From NCBI RefSeq assembly GCF_037042905.1, contig NC_087245.1, positions 23,004,001 to 23,068,000 of the forward strand: a stretch of 64,000 bases of DNA. Reading direction: 5' to 3'. Under the pieces are notes generated by a model. That model was not told where the DNA came from. It worked only from the letters and a program-made list of their open reading frames with translations, and searched no databases. This DNA comes from Lytechinus pictus. Its lineage: Eukaryota. Below, piece by piece: positions 53,001 to 62,434 of this stretch (positions are counted from its first letter, which is position 1; every line of letters begins with the position of its first letter). The position numbers and the translations under genes were made by a program.

Positions 53001-56000
53001 CAAAGGAAAGAGAGAGTGTAGGAGAGAGGGAGAGAGAGAGAGAGAGAGAGAGAGGGGGAGAGAGGGGGATGAAATTGAATTGCCCATTCCCCAGGAAAGT
53101 TTGTATCGCAATATAGAGATGTCAGAGCTGACTGTTTTGATGGAGTCGAAACAGCAGAATCTAGAAAATATCTGATACAGCCCCAATACCACGAATTCAT
53201 TTTACAATTTTTTTAAACAAACCCCAAAACCCGAAATCATCCAAATAGACTGCATAAAATTTATAGCATTCTCATCGAAACTTTCCATCTTTACAATTTT
53301 CTGTTGCAACTGCAACTGATCCTCATCAATTATAGCATTTAGCTTGTGCTACCCACCTATCATATAATTCTTTTATTCTAATCTCTGATTGACATTCTAG
53401 ATGGTTTTGACGTGAATGATTTCATACCAACACCGGATAGTTTGCAGGGAAACATCGTAGTTGAGCTGACAGGATATGCCTCAACACCCGTTATTCTTCA
53501 ATTCGCTACAGCCGAAAAGAAGAAAACCTACGCAATCAGTAAGTTGGACATCCAATTCAGGCGACACGCTATAATATATTTTAAAAAAAAAGGAAAAAAG
53601 AAAGGAAGAAAGAGAGAAAGAAAAATTTATAGATTTCTACTGCATTATATAATTTGTATAATACAATTTTAACAAGATAACAGTTATAATATGTTGATTG
53701 CTGTTTTGGGCATGAATCATGGATAATGTGTAAAAAAAAAGAGAAACACCCATTATTCCAACAAGAAAGAGATCTCCTACCAAATTATTACAACATTCAC
53801 AATTAGCAGGAGAAGAATTGTTGGATGTAGATTGCTTAAAATTAGTGACAATCCATGGTATTCATGTGCATCATATCAAAAGTGTTGCAGCTTTCTGAAT
53901 GATATGCTAAAGGCCTGTTGCAACCGATAATGTCGCAGCGACGCATGATGTCACACCAACGCACAGTGTCGCAGAGTGTGACATTATGCCTTGACCGTTC
54001 AACGCATCGCAATTTTTCTAATGCATAACGCCACATGTCCTAACGCATATAATTGTATAATGTCGCAGCAGATTTTTAACGTACGGAGCCTTTAAAGTGC
54101 CATCGACTTGACGACTTGGCGAGATACTTTATCTTGCCATGACATAATAACCTTATTATGTCGACATGGCGAGATACAGTATCTCGCCAAGTCGACTTAT
54201 AAAAAGTTATAGAGCGGTGTTGGCTCAGTCGGTAACGCGTATGCCCGTCGAACCAAAGATCGTGGGTTCGAGTCCACCCCGGGCGGATGACTGAAGCCAG
54301 TGCGTTGTGTGTACACGTCTCTCCCATGTTTCATAGATGCAGGCTATGTTTCAATGGAAAACACTCCGTCCTTCGGATAGGACGTTAAATGGAGGCCCCG
54401 TGTAGAGGAGAGTAACCACCTTTGCACGTTAAGAACCCACTGCACTATTCGTATAAGAGGGTGTTCTCACTACGTTCCTAAAACTAGTTTACTGGAAACT
54501 AGTTTAGTGGAAGCTAGTTTAACGCGTAGTGAGAACGGTCAAAGCGGTCCTGGAAGCGATCTTCCAAACCAGTTTGGAAAACCATCTCGCGATGTAGATT
54601 TCAAGATCGCTTTGCCTCGTTAAAGTGGTTTTAGCGTAAGTGAGGACACAACCGTTCTCCGGGAAGCGATCTTCGCACATTTTGAGCGCGCTACTCCACA
54701 CGACATGTGTAGAATGCCTATGCTGCGGTTTCGAATTTCGCGCGAAACGTGTCACCCCACTGAGAGCGTTTCCATAGCAACAAGAGCGCTTTACGTGAAG
54801 TGATTTTGAAAACCACTTTCGTGTGATCAAGTGAGAACGCTAGCAAAGCGATCTTCCAAAGTGGTTTCCTGAATCGGTTTCCAGTAAACTAGTTTTAGAA
54901 AGCGTAATGAGAACGGCCTCTAAGAGTAGGGGGAAACCCCGGTGTAGTGGTCCACCTGCATTCCCCCCAATCAGTTATATCGGGAGGAGAGACCTGCAGG
55001 TCATAGTGATTCAGTTCGCTTTTCGCCTCCCAGGCGCAGGTGAAGCCAAAACAAATATTGATAATAATTATATGTCGACATGGCAAGATATGAAGTGTCC
55101 AAGGCCCGGGAGAGTCCAAATATCTCGCCAAGTTGACATATAACTTTTTATAAGTCGACTTGTCAAGATAAAATATCTCTCCATGTTGACATATAACCTT
55201 TTATAAGTCGACATGGCAAGATAAAGTATCTCGCCAAGTCGTCAAGTCGATGGCACTTTAAAGGCTCCGTAGTTACAAGATCTTTGGTGGAACATATTTA
55301 AAGTGCGCTGGTGTTAAGTTGGAACATGAACGGATCCACCTCTGTTTTATTCAATATTTTAAGTTACTTCTATTCATAGCGAATAGTGTCCACTAATCAG
55401 AAATAAGACGTGCATACTGCTTAACATCGCGTACTGTGACTTATATTAGGTGCATTGATCCATGGACTCAATTGTGCACACCCCCTGTGGTACTTTGACA
55501 TCAACCAAGCACAAGAATGCCTTCATTTAAAGCAAAAAAACACAAAACATTTACAATAATAATAGATGAAAATTATGGGAGGGAGTCCAATTTTGAAATA
55601 ATGTTCGTTTAGGCCCATATTGCATCAGGGAAGGAGGTAGGAAGGGGCCTAAGCGACAGAGGTCGGACGATTGAAATCATAACAATTTATGGCGATGTTA
55701 ATTTTATTCAGCTGAGCAAGCTATAAAATATTCACAATTTTATAAAGCAACTCAAGTTTTGATGATCCTGTTCACCGCTGTTATATTATAACTGCGCATG
55801 AACATTAAAAGGTCATTTGAGATAAACCATGAAGGTGGTTTTCAAATTCACTGACATAGGCATTTGCTAGTGCTCATCCCAATGAAAAATTGCAAAGGTC
55901 ATTTGAGAAAATGAGCTAACCGTGTACTGGCTAATACCCTCTTCACACTGGCCACAAACACCGCTACAGTACCAGGACTGTCCGGAGACTGTAGCGGTGT

Positions 56001-59000
56001 TGCCTTCAGTGTGAATTCTCGGACCCGCAGTAAAGTATCCCGGGATAACCTCGCCCCGCAATAACTCCGCAACAAACTATCGCCAGGCAAGCCATAGAAA
56101 TAGCAGCGGGGCAGCCCCGCGACTGTCGCGGTGTTCCTTCAGTGTGAAGGTACACCGCTACACCACCGGGATAAACCACTTGTGATATGTTTACTATAAT
56201 GTGGGGGCGTCGTGGTCTAGTGGTTATGGCTCTCGTCTTTCAATCTGAAGGACGTGGGTTCGATTCACCGCCATCAAGTATTTCCGGTGTATCAGAGTCG
56301 GGTCACTCATGGGGTCACAACACGTGCTTTGTTTGTATTTGTATTGTATTTTTTGTATTTTATTTATTTTATCACGGTTAAAAAGCCTGCTTTCAGCTAG
56401 AAGCTGCTTTTCAGCAAGGCCGTGGACAAATGATAACAAATAATATGAACATAAAATAAGCATACAAAAATAAGAACGGAAAACAAAATATATCAAAGCA
56501 TGGGTAAAATACAATTGGCAAAAGTTAAATTGGAGTAAACAAAAATGAAAAATAAATAGAAGAAAATAATATACAAAGTTAAGTCAACATTAAACATAAA
56601 AAAAATTGAGGTATAAAATGCGGTATCAAGGGTGATCTTGGTGGAGAATTAAATTAAGAAAGTGATATGAGACGTGCAAATGTAGTCGGGTTTTTTTCTA
56701 ATCGGGTTGTTGCGGGTAGGTTATTGAATAATTTAGATGCTGAATAAAGGGGACTGTTTTTTAGATAGTTAGAATGAGGCTTCGGCAATTGAATTTGTCG
56801 GTCTATGTTTCTTAGAAGATATTCTCGTGATTTAAGTGTGATTCGAGTACAAAGGACAGATGGAGCTAGATTATTGACCAATTTAAAAATGGAAAAAATT
56901 GACTGATTGTTCCATCTCTTGTTGAGTTGATCAACCTTTAAAATGGCATATATATTCGCTGTACTAAATCTGCTGTTTACTTCTAAGACAGATTTCAGTG
57001 CCCTGTTTTGTAGAACTTGGAGACGATTTAGTTGGCTTTTATTGCCATTTCTCCAGATTGTACAACAATAGTCAAATATCGGTTGGATTAAAGCCTTATA
57101 CAACATAAGAGCTGTGTTTTTTGGTATATAACATCGAATGCGTTTTAAAGAATAAAATGTCTGTAAAACTCTTTTCCGAACACTATCAATTTGGGGGGTC
57201 CAGGTTAGGGAGCTGTCTATTATTACACCAAGATATTTACATTGGCTTACCCTTTGCAATTCATAATTTTGCATTTGTATTTTTATATTATCAAATAGAC
57301 GGAGCTTTGCTTTAGATCCTAATAACATAAATTGACCCTTATCGATGTTGATTAATAGTTCATTACTAGAAAACCATCTACAAATTAACTTTAAATCTCT
57401 GTTAATAGTCATTTCTAAATTTTTGGGCTCTTTAGATGCATGTTTCGGGCTCCGGAGGTAATGAAAATCACTTGCTGCAGTGTGAATTCCTACATGATAT
57501 TTTTTCGACCGTGATTGCATTAATAGCAGGTTTATAGCGGGTTTGTAGCGGTGTCTTTGTCCCGTGATAAATTTGATAACCAGTGTGAGATGGGAATTAT
57601 TGTTGCAAGTCGGGGTGGATATCCCTCAATGTAGGCGCGGTTCTATGTAGAAAAGTACATTGAGTCCCCACCCAAACATAAAAAAAGGACAGCAAAGAAA
57701 AAAAATAAATTCATATTTACACATTAAAAAAAGGACAGCGACACCATCATAAATGCATTCACAGTAAAAAAAAAAGTTAGCACGGTACAGTCCCGGGATA
57801 AATGTAATGTACCCATTCACACTGCAAACATAAAACAATTATTGTACCAAGTTTTTAGGGTGTAATGTTGCACCTTAAGAAAAAAATAGGTGCAAAAATA
57901 CAAAAAAAAAATATTATTTGCACCAAGGTTTTCTCTATCATATCGTATAATATCTGTTATGAAGTATATTATTTTGATGATGTTTATTTGCTCATTACAT
58001 CCGGTATCCTTCGTTGTGTGATTTTATTCAAACAGGTTTTGACAGTGAGATTAAAGAAATATCTCTAAAGCGCTTCAACATTCCTGTCCAGTCAGAAACT
58101 GTAAATGAGCTAACCCTGAATGAACAGTTGTTCAATATTCGCACAGGCAGTGGAATGGTTATCGTTTACCTAGGAGATACCATTGTTCTTCAGTATGTAG
58201 ATGCTGAACAACCTGAAAATGCCGATGCTCTTTGCCTGATACAAAATGCCCAAGCATCATTCCCAAGGTAAAACAGTTCGGTTGTTTTTAATGGCAACGG
58301 TTTCAGAATACCACACATAGATCTTTGGTCACGGAACAAAGTTTTCAGAATATCGGAAATAGGCCTCTGACCTTGCTTTGCTTTTACATTTCGTTATTAA
58401 GGGACCCTATAGTCAAAAAGCTTGGTTTCTTATAAGTGATTAATTGTATATTAATATCAAAATATTTTGATTGAAAACTTAAGTGATTTTTCTTATAATA
58501 TATGAGATAAATGTTCTCATAGCGTATTTTCTCTGTCAAGAACCAAAGATGGTACCTCGTATAAATATCAATTTAGAAAATCTTTCAACGCATTGTCATG
58601 TTTTTCACGGGTTTCATCATCACTTTCCGTCGCCTATAACACAAATCTTTTCTTTAAAAAATCTAAGAATTATCATCTGATATTAAAAAAAAAATTATTT
58701 TTCATTGTTATTATATAAATCATCTCTTAATTTTAGAACGGTCAGAACGATAGCACATACCCATTGCTCTTTTATTCTACTATTTATACGTGCAAGATAT
58801 CATTCAGACACCTAGTTCTGTATGATGATATTCAGGCAAAATACACTTATCATTACCAATTCGTTTGATGTGCTGTTATACTTGTGTTAATATACATTCG
58901 TGATCTAACTACTTTCTATGTACGTTTGGTTAGCTGCTTACATTTCATCAAAATTTATTTTTACTAATCGAAACCCAGTCAATATGATCAATATGATCAT

Positions 59001-59117
59001 TAATCTTTTAGTTATTCCTCAGGTCTTTTATGTGTCAATTTTAATTTTCCTACTGCAGCAGTAGTAGTAGCAGCAGCAGCAGCAGTAGCAGCAGCAGTTC
59101 TGGAGGATCCGGTATCC
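22205..59117 (+). CDS. Large predicted secreted modular protein (~1,920 aa): signal peptide, hyper-acidic tandem repeat region, multiple FAMeT(Methyltransf_FA)-like modules, poly-Ser; at least 18 exons
   Basis: Hand-spliced exons 22205-22283, 29216-29239, 29661-29861, 31103-31360, 33253-36249, 36848-37009, 37494-37763, 42907-43083, 43564-43765, 46757-46875, 47072-47236, 49454-49735, 50357-50500, 51616-51706, 52147-52316, 53401-53538, 58036-58267, 59059-59117. All have AG/GT ends and compatible phases, with no in-frame stop. The 3' end is uncertain. Confidence 0.8.
22838..23514. mobile_element. PIF/Harbinger-like MITE
   Basis: TIR CCCCCTCACACCT(A/G)ACCGAAT at both ends. Confidence 0.7.
24062..26426. 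mobile_element. Non-autonomous Mutator-like (MULE) element carrying the microsatellite
   Basis: ~75-bp TIRs (24062-24136 / 26353-26426), G...C ends, 9-bp TSD CCCCGGGCC (24053-24061, 26427-26435). Confidence 0.85.
24400..26030. repeat. Compound (TA)n/(TC)n/(TCTA)n microsatellite
   Basis: Long TA run at ~25086-25146, TCTA arrays to ~26000. Confidence 0.92.
26702..27438. mobile_element. TIR element
   Basis: GCCTCTTGACATC..TGAGC(T/C)GAATT inverted at both ends; no clear TSD. Confidence 0.55.
29216..29239 (+). CDS. Exon 2: 24-nt micro-exon (E)CTCPCRE
   Basis: Pyrimidine tract plus ccag acceptor; C|gtaagt donor; phase 1-1. Confidence 0.65.
29661..29861 (+). CDS. Exon 3 (module 1, first half)
   Basis: ctacag acceptor, G|gtaatt donor, 201 nt open, phase 1-1. 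Confidence 0.8.
30194..30765. mobile_element. TTAA-target MITE family A (opposite orientation, right end eroded)
   Basis: TTAA|AGGACAAGTTCACCCC start; shares AAAATCGGATGTAAAATAAGAAAGTTAT subterminal blocks. Confidence 0.8.
31103..31360 (+). CDS. Exon 4 (module 1, second half)
   Basis: Pyrimidine tract plus ccag; C|gtaagt; 258 nt open. Confidence 0.8.
31922..32998. repeat. Head-to-tail dimer of a TIR-less element (~440-bp deleted copy plus ~637-bp copy) with a terminal hairpin
   Basis: ATTATTACCTATACAAGGC at 31922 and 32362; both copies end GGCCAGTCAATATTATATA. Confidence 0.85.
33253..36249 (+). CDS. Exon 5: 2,997-nt exon with 12 tandem 77/79-aa acidic D/E/S/T-rich repeats
   Basis: cttag acceptor, GAA G|gtaaat donor, phase 1-1, fully open. 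Repeat period is 237 or 231 nt. Confidence 0.88.
33320..36230 (+). repeat. Coding tandem repeat, 12 full units plus a partial 13th (237/231 bp)
   Basis: GGCGATACAGATGTG anchors at 33330, 33567, 33798, 34035, 34266, 34503, 34740, 34977, 35214, 35445, 35682, 35913, 36192. Confidence 0.95.
36607..36893 (+). repeat. 143-bp tandem duplication spanning the exon 6 splice acceptor
   Basis: acttcgtcgcgacaagg... starts at 36607 and 36750; copies differ by only a few substitutions. Confidence 0.92.
36848..37009 (+). CDS. Exon 6 (module 2, first half)
   Basis: ttaag acceptor; DYSLEIDANGANIPIYEADSSSDFDLNLVCSNEENINGLIFYLLSNPSGQGYSV; A|gtaagt donor. Confidence 0.72.
37494..37763 (+). CDS. Exon 7 (module 2, second half)
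   Basis: tatag acceptor; 270 nt open in phase 1 (RFRAQGLDVTPP...HYCGSLQWIS); C|gtgagt donor. Confidence 0.78.
39367..39560 (+). mobile_element. tRNA-derived SINE
   Basis: A box TGGCTCAGTTG(T)TAG, B-box-like AGTTCAAACCC, followed by non-tRNA body. Confidence 0.65.
41753..42061. mobile_element. Harbinger-like MITE
   Basis: TIR GGCC(T/C)GTATTCTGAAGTC(G/A)GGTTTAACTTA. Confidence 0.75.
42593..42779. mobile_element. Short MITE
   Basis: ACTAGATGTCACA(C/A)TGGGAGCA inverted at both ends. Confidence 0.6.
42907..43083 (+). CDS. Exon 8 (FAMeT-like module 3, part 1)
   Basis: ttgcag / G|gtaagc; encodes YDFLVQATEGAIIYLS...VYRL, resembling the FAMeT F-x-V-x-A...A-x-I-x-L...Y motif. Confidence 0.82.
43564..43765 (+). 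CDS. Exon 9 (FAMeT-like module 3, part 2)
   Basis: VIGDGGNTVSLYR...TPNIPDDLLSGNKYSRFSLTI resembles FAMeT IGGWxNxxSxIR...TPxILS...RxFW; AG|gttagt donor (phase 2). Confidence 0.8.
44030..45058 (+). repeat. Intronic minisatellite, ~43-bp unit (ACCTGATGTGAACATGGTGAAATGGGGAGTTCCCCTTATCTTA), ~24 copies
   Basis: Direct tandem repetition with degenerate ends and no unique spacers. Confidence 0.93.
45730..45850 (-). mobile_element. tRNA-derived SINE head
   Basis: Minus strand: TGGCCGAGTGG (A box), GGTTCGATCCC (B box), then CCCGTGAGCAAGGCA core. Confidence 0.7.
46200..46513 (-). mobile_element. Degenerate tRNA-derived SINE with L2-like tail
   Basis: Minus strand: GTGGTGTAGTG, GGTTTGAACCC, CACTCTCCACCCAAGTGT core, AAGCACTTAGAAACG...TATATAAAT tail next to a (TTA)n tract. 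Confidence 0.6.
46757..46875 (+). CDS. Exon 10 (FAMeT-like module 3, part 3)
   Basis: gacag acceptor in phase 2; LYLGFDSVAGYTIYW resembles the FAMeT C-terminal YxGF...G...W; G|gtaagg donor. Confidence 0.8.
47072..47236 (+). CDS. Exon 11 (module 4, first half)
   Basis: cacag / T|gtaagt, 165 nt open. Confidence 0.8.
47963..49165. mobile_element. ~1.2-kb non-autonomous DNA transposon, TA-flanked
   Basis: TA|GGCCAA(A/G)AGCAT TIRs; long internal inverted symmetry (TCCAAAATGGC / GCCATTTTTGGA). Confidence 0.7.
49454..49735 (+). CDS. Exon 12 (module 4, second half)
   Basis: tgcag / G|gtatgt; FGVENNARTVF...YTYIWMSF...IRYAQFKAG, divergent FAMeT-like. Confidence 0.8.
50357..50500 (+). CDS. Exon 13 (module 5)
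   Basis: gacag / G|gtaagt, 144 nt open. Confidence 0.78.
51616..51706 (+). CDS. Exon 14 (module 5)
   Basis: gccag / AC|gtaagt, phase 1-2. Confidence 0.72.
52147..52316 (+). CDS. Exon 15 (module 5)
   Basis: ttgtag / T|gtgagc, phase 2-1, complementary to exon 14. Confidence 0.75.
53401..53538 (+). CDS. Exon 16 (module 6, first half)
   Basis: ttctag / A|gtaagt, 138 nt open. Confidence 0.78.
54211..55070 (+). mobile_element. tRNA-derived SINE interrupted by a MITE
   Basis: A box TGGCTCAGTCGG, B box GGTTCGAGTCC; body resumes TAAGAGTAGGGG after the insertion; 3' end approximate. Confidence 0.75.
54457..54920. mobile_element. PIF/Harbinger-like MITE
   Basis: ~45-bp TIR GAGG..GTTCTCA(C/T)TACG..CTAAAACTAGTTTACTGGAAAC; TAA TSD. 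Confidence 0.85.
56201..56275 (+). mobile_element. tRNA-like SINE head (truncated)
   Basis: TGGTCTAGTGG A box, GGTTCGATTC B box; anticodon stem does not pair. Confidence 0.6.
56325..57440 (-). mobile_element. 5'-truncated LINE (CR1/L2/Crack group): RT C-terminal part, 3' UTR and tail
   Basis: ORF 56654-57520 contains WFSSNELLIN..K, KYLGVIIDSSLTW, LYKALIQPIFDYC and LQVLQNRA motifs; 3' end has an AAAAGCAGCTTCTAGCTG hairpin and (TACAAA)n-like tail. Confidence 0.9.
58036..58267 (+). CDS. Exon 17 (module 6, second half)
   Basis: aacag / AG|gtaaaa, phase 1-2. Confidence 0.78.
59059..59117 (+). CDS. Exon 18: poly-Ser (S15) GGSGI linker
   Basis: Pyrimidine tract plus ctgcag; C|gtaagt; phase 2-1 restores the frame after exon 17. 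Confidence 0.65.
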
Positions 59118-59389
59118 GTAAGTTTACCATTGAATTTTAGATATCATAGTTTTTAATAATTCAATATTCCCTCGAGAATCGATTACACAAGTAAATCACA
59201 CAATACATGAATAAGAATGGTATTGAATAAATCTACCAGTTTCTATAAAAAGTAGTCAAAATCTTAGATGTTGAGCGCTTTTCAGATTTATTTTACTTTA
59301 CTTTACTTATTTTACTTTACATTGTAAGCGACGCTGGCATAATTATGTCAATACCTTCATAACCCGTGTTACCATTAGGCCTCAACAAA

Positions 59390-60100
59390 AGCTTCTCAAT
59401 GCTCAGCTATAGAGATTCCAGAACACCACAGCCAGAATCCTCCATAAAGTCCCTAGAAACCATAACGTATCTGGAACCATGGACCTACTACAATATGCTA
59501 AAACCCTCCATAGCATCTGCACAGGGAACCTTTTTTTAATAAGGCGGGGAGCTGGTTTTTAAGAAAAAAAATCAAGGAAAAACAACTAACAAGAGATAGA
59601 GATTTTTCAATCACAAATTAGGGACATCCGGCTCAGGAAAAAAATGACAAGCACAAAATAGAAGGTGATTTCGGCTATAATTTCTACTTTTAAGCATACC
59701 TACTTGATTTCTAGGGGTGCTGCCTCTGGGGAATAACACACACAGCACCTCCGGCAAATCTTTGGGCCATGCAGAGCCATGTAGCTGCATTAATTTGTTA
59801 CCTTCAGAGAAGCAAATCATCTTTAAGACCTTTGTTATAACATTTAAGAGCATCCAGGGAAAGTTCCCCTCATATATCGTGAGCATGATATTTTGCTGTC
59901 ATTCTCGGATGCAAGTAGGTCCATGCTTCGATCATCCGAAAAGAATGCCAATGTTTAAGTCGAACACCAGGCAACTTCTCAGACACATGGCGACAGAGCC
60001 TGCACTCCGGAACCCACTTCCCCTTAGCCATATTAGCTTAAGGTCTCATTCCTCTCTCAGTTCTTTTAAAGTAGCCATTAAGATATATATTCCGCAAATA
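59390..60100 (+). mobile_element. Highly degraded L2/CR1-type LINE remnant
   Basis: QNTTARIL-like and LPSEKQIIFKTFVITFKSIQGKFPSYI segments resemble the LINE RT C-terminal LPVxxRIxFKxLLxxFKxxxGxAPxYL motif; frames are disrupted. Confidence 0.5.
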
Positions 60101-61630
60101 GTAATCAATTTGAATTTCACACTTATTTTGTCTTTAGTTAGGCTTGCAGTTAAGTTATCTAAGGCAATTCGTTATTATCATTCAAGTCATTGAATTTGTT
60201 AGGTTAATATTATTATTTAAGCCGTTATGGTGTTTGATATAGAGTAAAAATTTAATAGGCGCTATGTATAGATTGCGTTATTATTATAATTTTTCTTATT
60301 ATCACTATCACATTAAATTTATCTAATTTTCCTAATGGGTATTTTCTGAGTAGACAGTCATATTTTTTTTACACGTTTCTGTTGATTATTTGTCCCTCTC
60401 TATTTTCATATCTAGAGTAGATAAATAGTCTCCCAACTGTTAAACCAACATTTAAGATTAAGACCCTGATAGAAACAGACCCTTGAGTTTAACAGCTGAT
60501 TCTCTGGAATGATTCTATACAATTTTGTAACAATTTGCACATTTCACTTGTAACTATAAGACTTTCAAGTTATAAAAACCTTAACATAAACAATTAAGCG
60601 CCAAATTCATCTCCAGCATTCTATAATGCATTCATTTGGTAGTTATTAGCCATGATAGTCATTCCCTTCATTATTACATATTAGGCTCAGACTATAGGGT
60701 TAGTTCTTTTCTGTTTCATTCCAATCTGACTCTTTTTGTATACTTTTATGCAAAATTTTTGAGACTTCACCAATGAAAAAATTAGTATCATTATCAATAT
60801 TGTTAACTTTATTGTCACTATTATTATCATCATTGCTATTATTATTATTAGTAGTAGTAGTAGTTGTAGTAGTAGTATAGTAGTAGAAGTTATAGAGGTA
60901 TGTGTAGTTTCTTCAATTACCATTACTATTATTAGTAGTAATTTTACCATTAGTATACCATTATCATTTTCAAAGTAATAATCACTAATATCATTATTAT
61001 TGTAGTTAATGTTATTATCATCTTTATCAGAACTAGTTTTATTATTTGTTTTGCTATTGATAACATGGTTAATATTACCATTGATATAGTTACATTTTAT
61101 CATTGATATACCAAAGAATGAATCATTGCAGTGATATTGCTACTTAAGTTGAACTTCTGATAGCCTACGATTTTGAAATAAATGTGTGCATCTCCTTTAA
61201 CGTAGAATCACGTGTAAAAAGGAAATGAACTATTTTTTTGGCTCTGTTACATGAAGCTTTTCAAAACTCACAAGTCCTGGCTGAACACAATGTACAATAA
61301 ATCCCTAAAGTCCACCATACGATTAATCACTACGTTGTGTTTTCCAGGGCCTTGTTTTTCAAATTCATTTACTGACCCTTAATTAACTTGGATTAACATT
61401 TGTGTTATTGGTGGCACGGTATGTACAAAGTTTGCCAAGTAGCAAAGATATCAATCCTACAGCCAAGCACTTATCATGAAATTGACTAAAGAGGTGATAA
61501 ACCACGGTAACGTTGTCAAAATAAACCTCGGACGAATTATATCTGATATTGTTCATTTTGTAGAAATCGTACTCGACTTGAGGACATTTTCCCAGAATGA
61601 TAAACATTGAGCACTATCTTGTCTCACTTC

Positions 61631-62357
61631 AAGGGCAAGTCCACCCTGATAACAAGCTGATTTGAATAGAAAAAGACAAATACAACAAGCGTAACTCTAA
61701 AAATTTCATCAAAATCGGATGTAAAATAAGACATTAATGAGTTTTTAAAGTTTCGCTTAATTTCACAAAACAGTCACATTTACATCCTGGTGGCTATGCA
61801 AATGAGATAACAAGCTGATTTGAATAGAAAAAGACAAATACAACAAGCGTAACTCTGAAAATTTCATCAAAATCGGATGTAAAATAAGACATTAACGAGT
61901 TTTTAAAGTTTCGCTTAATTTCACAAAACAGTCACATTTACATCCTGGTGGCTATGCAAATGAGGGGACCGACTCAGTATTTCTATACGATATTCTGATT
62001 TTCTCCTCATTGTCATGTTGAACAAAGTTTTATTCCTCATTGAACATGTTTAATTACCATTATTTTGTCATTTCATGGTTCAGTCAAGTTGGTCCTTAGT
62101 GTTATATTTGTAAAATTTTAAATATTGTATGATTGAAACAATAAAAAACAATAAAAACAACAAACGACACCATCGACTCTCCCATTTGCAGTTACTGAGT
62201 ACTATTGTGCATATAACTGTTTTTGGAAAATAAGCGAAAATTAAAAATCTAACCTGTTTATCTTACATCCTTTTTTGATGAATTTTTAGCGTCATGCTTG
62301 TTTGATTTTTCTTTATTGACCCAAATCAACATTTTTTCCCCGGGTTGGAATTGACCA
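61631..62357. mobile_element. TTAA-target MITE family A with internal 158-bp tandem duplication
   Basis: gataacaagctgatttgaatag starts at 61648 and 61806. Confidence 0.78.
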
Positions 62358-62434
62358 TTAAATATTATCTGTTATCTGCAATCTATTCAAGACTTATAAG
62401 CTGTACTGGTGCCCACATCAAGTGTTTCAAGAGC

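Larger units (their letters stand above)
54082..55271. mobile_element. Long-TIR MITE hosting a SINE
   Basis: ~60-bp near-perfect TIRs TACGGAGCCTTTAAAGTGCCATCGACTTGACGACTTGGCGAGATAC. Confidence 0.85.
55935..57596. mobile_element. Harbinger-like MITE split by SINE and LINE fragments
   Basis: CCC(TCT/ATC)TCACACTGG termini; ACCGCTAC / GTAGCGGT subrepeats on both sides. Confidence 0.55.

Noticed and set aside
54211..54290. tRNA genes here and at 39367, 45770 and 56201
   Set aside because: A/B boxes are present but the stems do not form full cloverleafs and SINE bodies follow.
56654..57520. 288-aa ORF as a host gene
   Set aside because: It is a 5'-truncated LINE RT fragment lacking the catalytic YADD region and endonuclease; its first residues come from flanking DNA.
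59023..59043. Alternative acceptor at 59022 giving RSFMCQF-stop
   Set aside because: The acceptor at 59058 has a better pyrimidine tract and pairs with a consensus donor in the correct phase. It cannot be fully excluded without transcripts.
60687..61103. 138-aa ORF with hydrophobic stretches as a membrane protein
   Set aside because: It is translated (TAA/TAG/CAT)n low-complexity sequence.
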